Shown one piece after another: positions 13,503 through 26,510 of a stretch of 64,000 bases of DNA (the first letter of the stretch is position 1; each line of letters opens with the position of its first letter). The position numbers were made by a program, and so were the translations under genes. The notes beneath the pieces were generated by a model that was given only the letters and a program-made list of their open reading frames with translations, ran no database searches and was not told where the DNA came from. This DNA comes from Octopus sinensis (lineage: Eukaryota): NCBI RefSeq assembly GCF_006345805.1, contig NC_043011.1, forward strand, positions 55,564,464-55,628,463, in the 5' to 3' direction.

Positions 13503-14629
13503 GTACTAAATCGTGCCTCTTTGCATTGTGTCAAGAATATATGTTTGATATTTCTTATATAGAGAGAAAACAATAAAGAGCACAAAAATAATAACAGCAG
13601 AAATGATAACCGTTTCAAATTGTTTCTTCAAGTGTCAACAATTTAAGAAGGAGAAGAGTTGATTGTTTACATCCACCTCAATACTAGACAGGTATTTTAT
13701 TTTACTGATTCTGAAAAGTCGAAAAGCAAAGTTAACTTCTGTGAGTATTTGAACTGAGAACGTAAAGAGCTGAAAGAAATGCCACTTAGCATTTTGTCTG
13801 ATGGTGGAAACCTGAACAATAGCAACAATAATAAAACTAACAGTAGTCAGACAAGAGACATTGTTCAGTCATTGGGACAGTAGCGAGCAAGGGTCACCAA
13901 TGTATTTTCCTCTCCTTTGTCAATCCAATTTGACTCCAGTAGAATTAATATCAAACAACAATAGCCCATGTCAATTTTTATCATTGTCACCTCTACAGCT
14001 TAGAATAATTATTACCTGTAAATTCTTGCCACCCACCACAACCCTACACCACCAACTTATTGTGTTTCTGCTTCATCTTTAGTCTTATTTCATCATCTCT
14101 CATCACCATTAATACTGCTGTTATCATCATCATCATCATTATTCTTTATGATTGTTATTATGTTTGTTTCCCTATGGTATGGTTGTTGATTGAAGAGACT
14201 GTGTCCAGGGGGACTGGGTGGGGGGCGGGGGGGGGGGTCATTGTCAAGGATCTCAGACAGTACTTTATGTAATGTGTTATGTAATAATGTTTGACTTCTG
14301 CTTTGTATTTGTACAAGTTGACTCCAAGTCTCACCCAGAGACCTCAAGAGACAAGTTAGAAGTTGGTGTTATGCCTGGGGTGTCATATATTTGGTTTTAC
14401 AAAGTATTGTTATAATTATTGAGACAACAAACTTTAATAATAAGTAGTGGCTAATGTAGAAAATATTATGAACCTCAATGATGATGATGATAAAATTAAC
14501 ATTTGAAATTAAAACAAAAACTGAATTATATGAAAATAAAAAGAAAAAATAGCTCATAGCAATAACAGCAGAAAACAAAAGCAGTAAAAATTAGGTTAGG
14601 CAGTATTAATAGCATTAACGACGATATTC

Positions 14630-15810
14630 TTTCTAATTTTTGGCACAAGAGTATTAATATAGAGGGAGAGGAAGTTAGTTGATTACATTGTCCCCCCAGT
14701 GCTCACTGGTACTTATTTTATGAAAACCCCAAAGGATGAAAGACAAATTTGACCTTGGTAGAATTTGAACTCAGAACATAACGCCAGAAAAAAATGACAC
14801 TAAGTATTTTGCCTGGCATGCTAATAGTTCTGCCACTTTAATTAATAATAATTATTATTTTCCCTATAGACACAAGGCCTGAAATTTTGTGGAGAGGGAG
14901 TTAATTACCTCAACCCCAGTGTTCAACTGGTACTTACTGACCTGAAAGGACAAAAGGCAAAGTCAACAACTTTTGAACTCAGGACATAGAGGCAGAAGAA
15001 ATGTTGCTAAGTAGTTGAACTTGTTAACAATTCTACAAGCTCACTGTCTTAATTAATTAATAATAGTTTCACATTTTGGCATGAGGCCAGAAATTTTAGG
15101 GGACAAGATTGTTGGTTACATTGATTCCAGTGCTCAACTGGAATTGCTTTTTATCAATCCTGAAAGGATGAAATGCAAAGTCAAATTTGGCAACTTTTAG
15201 ACTCAGAACATAAAGGCTAAAGAAATATTTGTCCAAGTCGCTACCAATCCTACCAGCTCACTGCCATTATTCATCATCATCATCATAAGGCCAGCAATTT
15301 GAGGAAAGGGATTAAGTTGATTACACTGATCCTAGTGTTCAACTGGTACTTATTTTAAAAGCAAAGCCAACCCCATCAGTATTTGAACTCAAAACCTATA
15401 GAGTCATTTTATCCAGCATGGCAATGATCTTGCCAGCCTGCCACCTTAAGAATTAAATATAAAGTTAACTTTGGTAAGATTGAACTCACAATGTAAAGAG
15501 TTGAAACACTTTAAAGCATTTTGCCCAATACTATAGTGACTTTGCCAATTCATTGCCTAATAATAATAAAGAAGAATGATAATAATAATAATAATAAATT
15601 TAGTTTCAAATTTTGACACAAGGTCAATGATTTTAGGAGGAGGTGGTTAATTGATCACATTGACACCTGCACTCCGGTCCTCAACTGGTATGTATTTTAT
15701 TGACTGCAGAGGGATGAAATGTGAAGTTGGTACCAGTAAAATTTCAACTCAGAATGGAACGAGTCAGAAATAGCGCTAAGCATTTTGTCTGATGTGCTAA
15801 CAATTTTTTT
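14630..15810 (-). mobile_element. Head-to-tail cluster of ~6 old SINE family A-like copies
   Basis: Recurrent caactggtacttattt / aaaggatgaaa / tttgaactcagaac motifs about every 200 bp, separated by (TAA)n or (TCA)n. Confidence 0.75.
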
Positions 15811-15987
15811 AATATTCCATTCTATGTAAATCCCTCACACTATGTTTGCCTCATTTGTCACCCTAGTGGTAAACAAAAAAATTATTTTTGCCTTTTTCAT
15901 TATTGTTATTACTATTATTGTTGTTTTCTCTTTACATAAGCTATACCAAACATTCTTCACACAATGCAAAGAGGTACAACGTAATGC

Positions 15988-16086
15988 TTGTCTGATGAAG
16001 TGCCACTCTGACATTCAACCACACATATGAAATCATTTACATGCATTGACCCTAGAAGCAGAGTGGTACAGAAACAATTGTAATGA
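15988..16086 (+). ncRNA. Type I hammerhead ribozyme motif (Penelope-like)
   Basis: uugu-CUGAUGA-a-gugccacucug...cagagugguac-a-GAAA-caauug-UA-auga. 11-bp stem II and palindromic stem III. Confidence 0.75.
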
Positions 16087-16153
16087 ATAATAAAGTTGTG
16101 CTATATTCATTTACCATTTTATATACATACACATTGCTATATGTATATATATA

Positions 16154-16224
<71 letters not shown>

Positions 16225-18899
16225 CAAATCCACACATGGATGCATAGTCATAAGTTCATAGTACACACCTACGTTACTATCTTTAACCTTCTCTTCCATC
16301 AGCCACCACACTCTCCTTGACCTAGGGTTACTACTATTGTCACCCATCAGTGACTAGTGAGCAAAACAATCTCACTAGTGATAGCACTACAATGTGCACC
16401 TAATGCAAACCATAAACTGGATGGTAATCACATACACACATTCATCACTGAAGAGATCAAATCAGGTTGAAACACCAGATGAGGTAATCCAGCAGCATTC
16501 TGAATGAAGCCCAGCCATTTTTAACAGGTCTCTTTCATGGAGACAAAATATTACTGCTACTACCATTCCAAATTTCACACAAATACACATACAGGCACAT
16601 ATACTGATATGCATGCACACACACAGGATATACCCCACCACCACTACAATGCACAAAACAAAGTAAAATAGAGGGAGGTGGTAATAAAAGAGACAAACAA
16701 TATGAAAATATACTGACATAGTATGCAGGATTTTAGACATCAAAGAAAGGAATTAAAGTAAACTGAACATTTTCAAATTCATTATCAAAGAAATGTAAAA
16801 GAATAAGCAAAGGGAGGCAAAAAATACAAATGATACTGATTTTGTGATGTTTACATTACAGGCATGGTATAAAAAAGAAGTTGGAGAGTGTGATAGTAGA
16901 ATCAGTAGTCGACACAATCTAGTTTATAGGGGAAAGTGGTGGATAGGCAGGAGGAATAGAATAAATGAGGAAGAAAAAGTTTGAGTATGTATGAAATTTA
17001 AGTCATTCTTGTAAAATAATACATCCAGCAATGAATATGCATACACACATAAATATATAAACGTACATATACATGCATGTAGTTGTTTGAATGTATGAGA
17101 TGGTTTAAATGTATAAGAGATGTAATGTAGTCCATGTTTATATGCAAGTACTGACTTATATCGTGGGTAGAGGAGGAGAATGAAGACGATCATATGTGTG
17201 TGTGTGTTTGTGCATGAGAGGTGCACAGTACAGGCATGCATGCTCCCCCCCTCTCTCCTATCTCTTTGCATACACCAATGTAATACTATATAGCAGACAC
17301 AAGCAACCTCCTTGGTTCCTGCTTAATCACTTCCCTGTCATCCTATCGTATATACATGAGCCATGCTCATAACAAAGGCAATACTGTGAAATATCAAGTA
17401 CTATCAATGCTCTTATCAACCGTTATAACACCCAAGCATTAATTCCTTTATACACAGACCAATTTGGACATCCTTAATCTTCACTGCTTGGATTAATCAT
17501 GTTGGAGCCATATAGTATTACTCTCCCATGCACAGACACACACTGAATGTTATGTTTGGAGTACCATTCACCACCTGCAGTGTGCAATGCATACATACCA
17601 ATATCATTGGAAAACTTTTACATGCGTGGGAGCAAACATGTATGCATGCCAAATGCATACAGAGAGCACGTGTGTGTATGAAGTGTATGTAGAAGCAAGG
17701 TCAAGAAAAGATGCTCGTGCATATGTGGATGTGGGTAGATATATGTGTGCGTATGTGCATGGGTATGAAAATGCCTGACTGAGCACAGTAACAACTTTAA
17801 TTTATGGAAATGTTTATAAAGGCAATAGTTGAATGCCAGGTCTGCCAAACCAGAACTCATTACACCCAAATACTAGAAAAATGTCAAGACGTCTACTATC
17901 TTCATTTTATACCTTCACATATGTCACCGACTATAGTTCTATTAATACTATGATCCGGTGCACTTCTATCTCACTTTCTCCACTATTTATGTGTGTGTGA
18001 TAGATAAATACACATACACAAATACATGTGTATATGCCCATCACTCTCATCCAACTCTCCTCAAAATTATCCAACTATCTTGTAATCTGCCACAGTTTAG
18101 TATACCACCTTTCTCTAGCATCATATATATGACTGAAGTGTATAGCCACATGCAACCAAAACATTGTAATATTTACTATAATATTTAGGATGTGAGCCAG
18201 TTCATTTGTGAAAATGTGTGGAAGATATAAAGCTTGAAAAACGGATTACGCTTTCTGTTTCTTTCACGTGTGTATGTGTAACAACCACACAGATGTGTTC
18301 ATAGTGTTCAAATGTCTGTGTACACATAAGCACACTCCCTCCATCAAATTAACTGTACAGGTGTACTATGTGATACATGTCAAATGATGAAATGATCATT
18401 GAGCAATGCAAAATGAAGAGCTTTGCTCAAGACCACAAGAATGCCCAGTCTGAGAATCGAAACCATGATCTCACAATCATGAGAGCAACACCCGCATCAC
18501 TAAGCCATACACCTACACACACACACGGTCATTTTTTCATTCTTTAACGGGTTGCAGCCAAAAGGCTGCAATTACGCTGTGACACCACCAGCATCATGAT
18601 CTTTTCAACTGTCAACCTAGTTGGTTGGCTTTTGGGGAATGAAGGAGTTTTATTGCTGTAATGTAGGTTTACTTGGGATGTACAGAAGGTCAAAGTGGGT
18701 CTTGAAAGCGTCTGTCCTCACCCATGCAGATCACAAGATTATTTTGGCAAGATATTAAATAGCTAAGGGCCTTTCAATCTCAAGCCATTGTAGTACACTA
18801 GACAAGAAAGGTGGGACCTCTGGAACAGTGATGTCCTCTTTGGGAGCTAGAATAACTCTTGATATCAAGGTTTGGTGCTAAACCCTTTAGGATCTTCCA

Positions 18900-19355
18900 T
18901 ATGTATATCACCACATATGTATACATACACATATACATACACATATATACATATACATATACATATTTACACATGTATATATATGTATGTATATATATAC
19001 ATACATACACATATATATACACATATATATACATATGTACATATATACACATACATATATATATACACATATATATACATATGTATATATATATACACAC
19101 ACATATATATACACATATATATACATATGTATATATATATACACACACATATATATACACATATATATACATATGTATATATATACACACACACATATAT
19201 ATACACATATATATACACATATATATACATGTATATATATACACACACATATATATACACATATATATATATATACATATTCACACATATATATACATAT
19301 ATATATGATGATGATGATATACACATATATATATACATTTATACATACACATACA
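18900..19355. repeat. Compound (TA/CA)n micro/minisatellite
   Basis: Dinucleotide-derived repeat that explains the many Y/I/T/H ORFs. Confidence 0.95.
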
Positions 19356-19451
19356 ACAGTAAGCACACAAATATGAAAGCTGGAAAAAACTGTACTCGAA
19401 TACCAGAGGTAGGGTAATATGCTTTATTAAAACACAGCAAAAATTTCACAA

Positions 19452-19491
19452 AAACTGTTGGAGTTTCACACTGCTGTTCGTCAGACAGTTT
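19452..19491 (-). ncRNA. Truncated hammerhead motif, same family as 5772-5929
   Basis: aaacugu-CUGACGA-aca gcag ugu-GAAA-cucca-acaguuu. Stem III and cleavage triplet are deleted. Flank 19380-19450 matches 5730-5800. Confidence 0.55.
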
Positions 19492-19869
19492 CGTTTAGAA
19501 TGATGGAAGTTATATGTAGAAATACAATTACTTTCATAGACACACATATGAAAATGCTTTTGTTTCATTGTTTAAAATCATATAAAAATCGAAGTAAAAA
19601 CTTTAATTCAAAAATAGCTTCTGAAGAAGGAAAAAGGCCTGAATACCCAGGGTAAATAATCAGCTGTAAAATTAATAAAATAAAAGATATATCTGTTTAA
19701 AAAAATTTTCATGCTAAAATATATGTACAGTTAGCAATAAATACAGATACCAGACAATCTATGATATACCTATATATCACTAGACATACAGATGTAGGTA
19801 CATGGCTACGTACATATACAGACATAATGGCATAACATAAATATATAAAAATGCATATATATATATTTA

Positions 19870-20200
19870 TATATCCCTCTGCAAAAAGGTCTCAAATTTT
19901 ATTTGATTTGCTTTTCGCAGGAAGGAAAGTTTCTATTGAAGATGCGTCACGCCTTCACCTTCGAAACGCAGAGTAGATGAAACCATGGCAACTGAAGAAG
20001 GGGTTTTTTCCTTGTGTTATTTGTCCTGTACTCTACTTTTTTGTCGTTTAAGAAAAATGTCCAGTTCCTTTGGTTTGTGCCTATGATTTCGTTTCTCATT
20101 GTGTTCGACGTTTTTTTGGTGTCCTGTACTCATATATGCGTGTATATATACATGTAGAGGTAGGTACGTACATATATGTATATATATATGCATATGTTTT
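19870..20200 (+). repeat. ~330-bp unclassified interspersed repeat
   Basis: Homologous to the reverse complement of 37430-37780. Confidence 0.75.
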
Positions 20201-20214
20201 ATTTATTAATATAT

Positions 20215-20259
<45 letters not shown>

Positions 20260-20602
20260 CTGGGGAGAGTCATTTTCCACTTATTTCTTATTTATATTTT
20301 CCTAAAATTTTCGTTGCGTCTTGCAACATTTTCAATAGTCTTGACTGTCTGTTCTTTACACTGCGTTCCTTTTCGTTGGTGCGCATGTGTGTCGGTCAGT
20401 GTGTGTGTGTGTGCCTATGAATACATGCGTGTACGTATGTATGCATGTGTGTATATATCGTCATGTTTCAGTCTCCATTTGAGTCAATATATACATGTAC
20501 ACACACACACATATATATATACATATAAACACACATATATATGTGTGCACATACACATATATATGCACACATAGATAAACACATATGTATAAACATATAT
20601 AT

Positions 20603-20653
<51 letters not shown>

Positions 20654-20722
20654 TGCACATGTGCATATATATATATACTTATACATAAACATATATGTAT
20701 GTATATATATATATATACACAT

Positions 20723-20985
20723 ATATCATCATCATCGTTTAACGTCCACTTTCCATGCTAGCATGGGTTGGACGGTTCGACGAAGGACTGGGAAGTCAGG
20801 AGGCTGCACCAGGCTCCTGTCTGACCTGGCAGTGTTTCTACAGCTGGATGCCCATCCTAACACCGAGAGTGTAGTGGGTGCTTTTTACGTGCTACCTCTG
20901 ATGTTGGTCTTGGCGGATTCAACAGGTCATTCTACAATCCAAGGTTAGCACCACAACCCGTCCTGCGAGCCATGAACTCACTTAC
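20723..20985 (-). mobile_element. RTE LINE 3' tail
   Basis: Standard tail plus UTR segment shared with 38490-38530. Confidence 0.8.
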
Positions 20986-21018
20986 ATATATATTTATATA
21001 TAAAAACATAAATACATA

Positions 21019-21118
21019 NNNNNNNNNNNNNNNNNNNNNNNNNNNNNNNNNNNNNNNNNNNNNNNNNNNNNNNNNNNNNNNNNNNNNNNNNNNNNNNNNN
21101 NNNNNNNNNNNNNNNNNN
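21019..21118. other. Assembly gap (100 N placeholder) inside a microsatellite
   Basis: Run of exactly 100 N. Confidence 0.99.
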
Positions 21119-21412
21119 CATATTTATATATATACATGCATATATATACTTATATGCACATATACATAAATATATACACATATACATAAATATATACACA
21201 TATACGCATAAATATGTATACATACATATATACATATAAATACACACATATATATTCTCATAGATATACATACACATATACATAAGTATATGGTTAACTT
21301 AGTTATTTATTTAACTGATAACTATAATAACATACATACATATGTGATATTATTTTATGTATATAAAATAAGGATACAAGTAATTATTAAAAAACATGAA
21401 TATAAATTAGTA

Positions 21413-21545
21413 AAATGACTTACAGCTGTTTCAGCCCATAGATAAAAGCATATCATTCTGCCTATATTGCTCAAGTGTATTGAGGTAATAGGCATTGAAA
21501 AATGAGGTACTCGTAGTATATATCTCAAGGCTTCATCAGAGATTA
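21413..21545 (-). ncRNA. Type I hammerhead ribozyme motif, sense to Gq pre-mRNA
   Basis: CUGAUGA-a-gccuugagaua...uaucuaugggc-u-GAAA-cagcug-UA. Intact core, A-U closed stem II and palindromic stem III; stem I is weak. Confidence 0.7.
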
Positions 21546-21702
21546 TAAAGTACAATCAATATATATATATATATACGTACGCATATATATATAAATATGT
21601 ACGCATATATATACATAAACATGTTTATACATATATATGCATATGTTTCTACATACATACACATGTTTATACGTAAATATGCATATATATATATACATAT
21701 GT

Positions 21703-21994
21703 GGAGGCGCAATGGCCCAGTGGTTAGGGCAGCAGACTGGCAGTCGTAGGATCGCAGTTTCGATTCCCAGACCGGGCATTGTGTATGTTTATTGAGCGAA
21801 AACACCTAAAAGCTCCACAAGGCTCCGGCAGGGGGTGGTGATCCCTGCTGTACTCTTTCACCATTCTTTCTCCCTTTCTTCTGTTGGCCTGCTCGCTTAG
21901 CCAGCGAGGTGGCGTCGTTCGAAGGCTGAAACAATGCGAACACATTGTGACCAGTGATGTGTAGCAACATCTGATGGTCTGGTTGGTCACGTGA
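21703..21994 (+). mobile_element. SINE family C (tRNA-like head), tail type 1
   Basis: Head ggaggcgcaatggcccagtggttagggcagcagact...gtttcgattccc; matches 48240-48540. Confidence 0.85.
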
Positions 21995-22658
21995 ACACGT
22001 GATATACGTACATATGCATATGTATATATGTACATATGCATGTGTATATACATACCAATATATAAACATACACACATATATCATTTGATCACGTGCCTGA
22101 CCTGGCTTTCAGATGTTGCTACACATTGCTGGTCACAATGCACTTCGCAGTGTTTTAGCATTCAAATGACACCACCTCGCTTCCTAAGTGATCTTGCCAA
22201 CACTACGAGTGAGAGAGTTTCGGCAATAGAGTTCAGCAGGGTTCGCCAACACATATACATACAAACGTATATATATATATCCTTAAATCCTTAAAATGTT
22301 TTAGCCCGAAGGCCGCGGACATGCATATATATATATATATATACACATATGTATATATACGTACATATATATACATATGTATATATATATATATATATAT
22401 ACATATATATACCTACGCAGATATATACACATGCATATATATATATATACATATATATACATACATACGTATATATACATATACGTATATATACATACGT
22501 ATGTATATATATACATATGTATATATATACATATACATACGTATATATATATATATATACATACATTCATACGCACATACATATATACATACGTATGTAT
22601 ATATATATACACACACTCACACACGCATATATATACATATATATAGATATACATATAT

Positions 22659-22924
22659 ATCATCATCATCGTTTAGCGTCCGCTTTCCATGCTAGCATGG
22701 GTTGGACGGTTCTACTGGGGTCTGTGAAGCCAGAAGGCTTCATCAGGCCCAGTCAAATCTGGCAGTGTTTCTACGGCTGGATGCCCTTCCTAACGCCAAC
22801 CACTCCGTGAGTGTAGTGGGTGCTTTTTACGTGCCACCCGCACTGGTGCCAGACAGAGCTGGCAAACGGCCACGAACGGATGGTGCTTTTTATGTGCCAC
22901 CGACACGAGGGCCAGGCGAGGCTA
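22659..22924 (-). mobile_element. Young RTE LINE 3' tail
   Basis: Near-identical to the reverse complement of 41775-42030. Confidence 0.9.
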
Positions 22925-23301
22925 CGTGTATATGTATACATACATATACGTATATATATATATACGTGTATATGTATACATACATATACGTATATATATA
23001 TATATACATATACGTGTATATGTATATATACATATACGTGTATATGTATATATACATATACGTGTATATGTATATATACATATACGTGTATATGTATATA
23101 TACATATATATGTATACATATACGTGTATATGTATATATACATATATATGTATACATATACGTGTATATGTATATATACATATACGTGTATATAATATAT
23201 GTATACATATACGTGTATATGTATATATACATATACGTATATATACACATACGTATATATACATATACGTATATATACATATACGTATATATACATATAC
23301 G

Positions 23302-23341
<40 letters not shown>

Positions 23342-23344
23342 TAT

Positions 23345-23800
23345 ATCATCATCATCATCATCGTTTAGCGTCAGCTTTCCATGCTAGAAGGCTGCACCAG
23401 GCCCAGTCTGATCTGGCAGAGTTTCTACGTCTGGATGCCCTCCCTAACGCCAACCACTCCATGAGTGTAGTGGGTGCTTTTTACGTGCCACCGGCACAGG
23501 TGCCAGAAGAGGCTGGCAAACAGCCATGATCGGATGGTGCTTTTTATGTGCCACCGGCACGGGGGCCAGGCGAGGCTGGCAATGGCCACGATCGGCTGGT
23601 GCTTTTTACGAGGCCAGCCGGGGTGGCGCTGGCAATGGCCACGTTTGGACGGTTCTCTTACGTACCACTGGCACTAGTATCACAGCTGCAATTTCCATTG
23701 ATGTTGATCGATTTCGATTTTCACTTACCTCAACATGTTCTCACAAGTAGAGTTTTGTGTCCCAAGAAGGAAAGGTATGCATAAGTGAACTGGCTACATC
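23345..23800 (-). mobile_element. RTE LINE 3' UTR with tandem units
   Basis: Shares the segment cccaagaagggaaggtatgc and the unit array with the UTR at 41590-41900. Confidence 0.85.
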
Positions 23801-23807
23801 CCATGTG

Positions 23808-23846
<39 letters not shown>

Positions 23847-23878
23847 ATACATATACATACGTACATATACATACATAC

Positions 23879-23923
<45 letters not shown>

Positions 23924-23932
23924 TATACATAC

Positions 23933-23986
<54 letters not shown>

Positions 23987-24119
23987 GTGTGTATATTATA
24001 TATATACATGCATATATATACGTATATATAAATATATAATATAATATATATATATATATATAAGTATAAAAAATATAAATATATACATAAAAATACATAT
24101 ATATATATATTTCTTCTCT

Positions 24120-25052
24120 AGTATCAGCCCAGAGCTGTGGCTATGCTGATGCACCGCCGTTTTGCTACACTGTTATTACTAAGAGCCTCCTCTAATATGT
24201 GGCACTTGGTAAAGCATGGAGTTTGATATAGCCACCCTCATTTGCACCTCTTGCCATGAGTAGAGTCTTAGCTGTTTCAACCTTTACCTGTAGCTGAGCT
24301 GCTGTAAAGGGACAATCTACTTTGTGAATTTTCTCTGGATTGCTTCAAGGGCCGATGTTAATTTCACACTGGTGGGTGACCATAGCTGTGAGCAGTAATC
24401 CAGGTAGCTGAAGATGAATGTCCACCATAGTACCATCATTGTTTCCTTATCTCTGGTTCTGAATGTTCTTAGGATCCATCCAGCCAGTCGTCTGCACTTT
24501 GTCACCATCATGGTAGTGTGCACATGGAAAGAGGTATCATTACTCATGTCGATACCCTGGTCCCTCACTGACTTAGGCTCTGGGATTGAAATTCCCTGTG
24601 GACCAGTGTACCCTGTAAGTTTCATATTCAGTTTTGGATGCTGGTAAAGCAGGGCTTGGAATTTTCCAGCATTAAACTGCATATTATTATCCTCAGCCCA
24701 TCTGTAAATTGAGTCCAACCCCTGCTGCAGGTGTGCAACATCGCTGGGGTTTTCTTATTTCTGCAAGACTTTCGTATCATCTGCATAGCTTGCCAGAGTG
24801 GCTCATTGGGCATTTGAGGGCATATCTGAAAGGGCCACTATAAGAAGCAGTGGTCCCAAGACTGTGCCCTGTGGAACACCACTCACTATTTGTGTGTTTA
24901 TCGAGGTGGCTCCATTAGCCACTACTGCCTGACTCCTATCTTTCAGGAAGTCAAGTAACCACTCTCCAAGTTTTCCAGCTATGCCAAGGTCACAAAGTTT
25001 GTGGCATATCATACCATAATCCACCTTGTCAAAAGCTTTTGCAAAATCAATT
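24120..25052 (-). mobile_element. CR1-like LINE reverse transcriptase fragment
   Basis: IDFAKAFDKV, SGVPQGTVLGPLL, YADDTK, WILRTFRTRD and LDYCSQLWSP motifs, with frameshift. Confidence 0.9.
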
Positions 25053-25424
25053 TATATATATATATTTACATACATATAAATATATGTAAATATACATTTC
25101 AATATATATATAAATATATATTTCAATATATATAAATATATATTAAAATATATGTAAATATATATATATATATAAATATATAGTTACATATATATAAATA
25201 TATATATCAATATATATAAATATATATATCAATATATATAAATATATATATTTACATATATATATATATATAACCAATAAAGGGCAAAAGAAAAATTATT
25301 TCCATGCCAATATGCTGATAACAGACTAAGTCGTCAATATTTAACATTTAAGGTATTTTAATATGCTGCCACTTTCTGATGAAATTTTTCTTCTGAAAAA
25401 AATTTCATCCTATGTTAGTAGTAG

Positions 25425-25479
<55 letters not shown>

Positions 25480-26510
25480 ATATGTATAATTAAAAAATAA
25501 AAAATATATATATATCTATTTATATACATTATATCATATATATACACATATTTATATATACATATATTTATATACACATATATTTATATATACATATATT
25601 TATATATACATATATTTATATATACATATATTTATATATACATATATTTATATATACATATATTTATATACACATATATTTATATATACATATATTTATA
25701 TATATATTATATATATATTTATATATACATATATATATATATATTTATATATACATATATTTATATATATATTTATATTATATATTTATTATACATATAT
25801 TTATATATATATTATATATACATATATTATATATATTTATATATATACATATATTTATATATATTTATATATACATATATTTATATATATTTATATATAC
25901 ATATATTTATATATATATATATATACATATATTTATATATATATTTATATATACATATTTATATATATTTATTTATATATACATATATTTATATATATAT
26001 TTATATATACATATATTTATATATATATTTATATATACATATATTTATATATATTTATTTATATATACATATATTTATTATATATTTATATATACATATA
26101 TTTATTATACATATATTATTATATATACATATATTTATATATACATATATTTATATATACATATATGTATATACACATATTTATATACATATATGTATAT
26201 CACATATTTATATACATATATGTATATACACATATTTTATATACATATATGTATATACACATATATACACATATTTATATACATATATATTTATATATAC
26301 CATATTTATATATACACATATTATATACATATATGTATATACACATATATACACATATTTATATACATATATATTTATATACATATTTATATATATATAT
26401 ATATTTATATACAAATATTTATATATATATATATATTTATATACACACACAGAGAAAACTATATTTATATAGATATACTAACATGCACATATATATTCGC
26501 ATATATATAT
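25053..26510. repeat. Large AT-rich micro/minisatellite (tatatttatatataca-type units)
   Basis: About 1.4 kb of almost pure A/T with periodic C. Confidence 0.95.

Noticed and set aside
21703-21780. tRNA gene-like sequences (also 48240, 52744, 47539, 7060)
   Set aside because: SINE heads continuous with SINE bodies; no complete cloverleaf supported.
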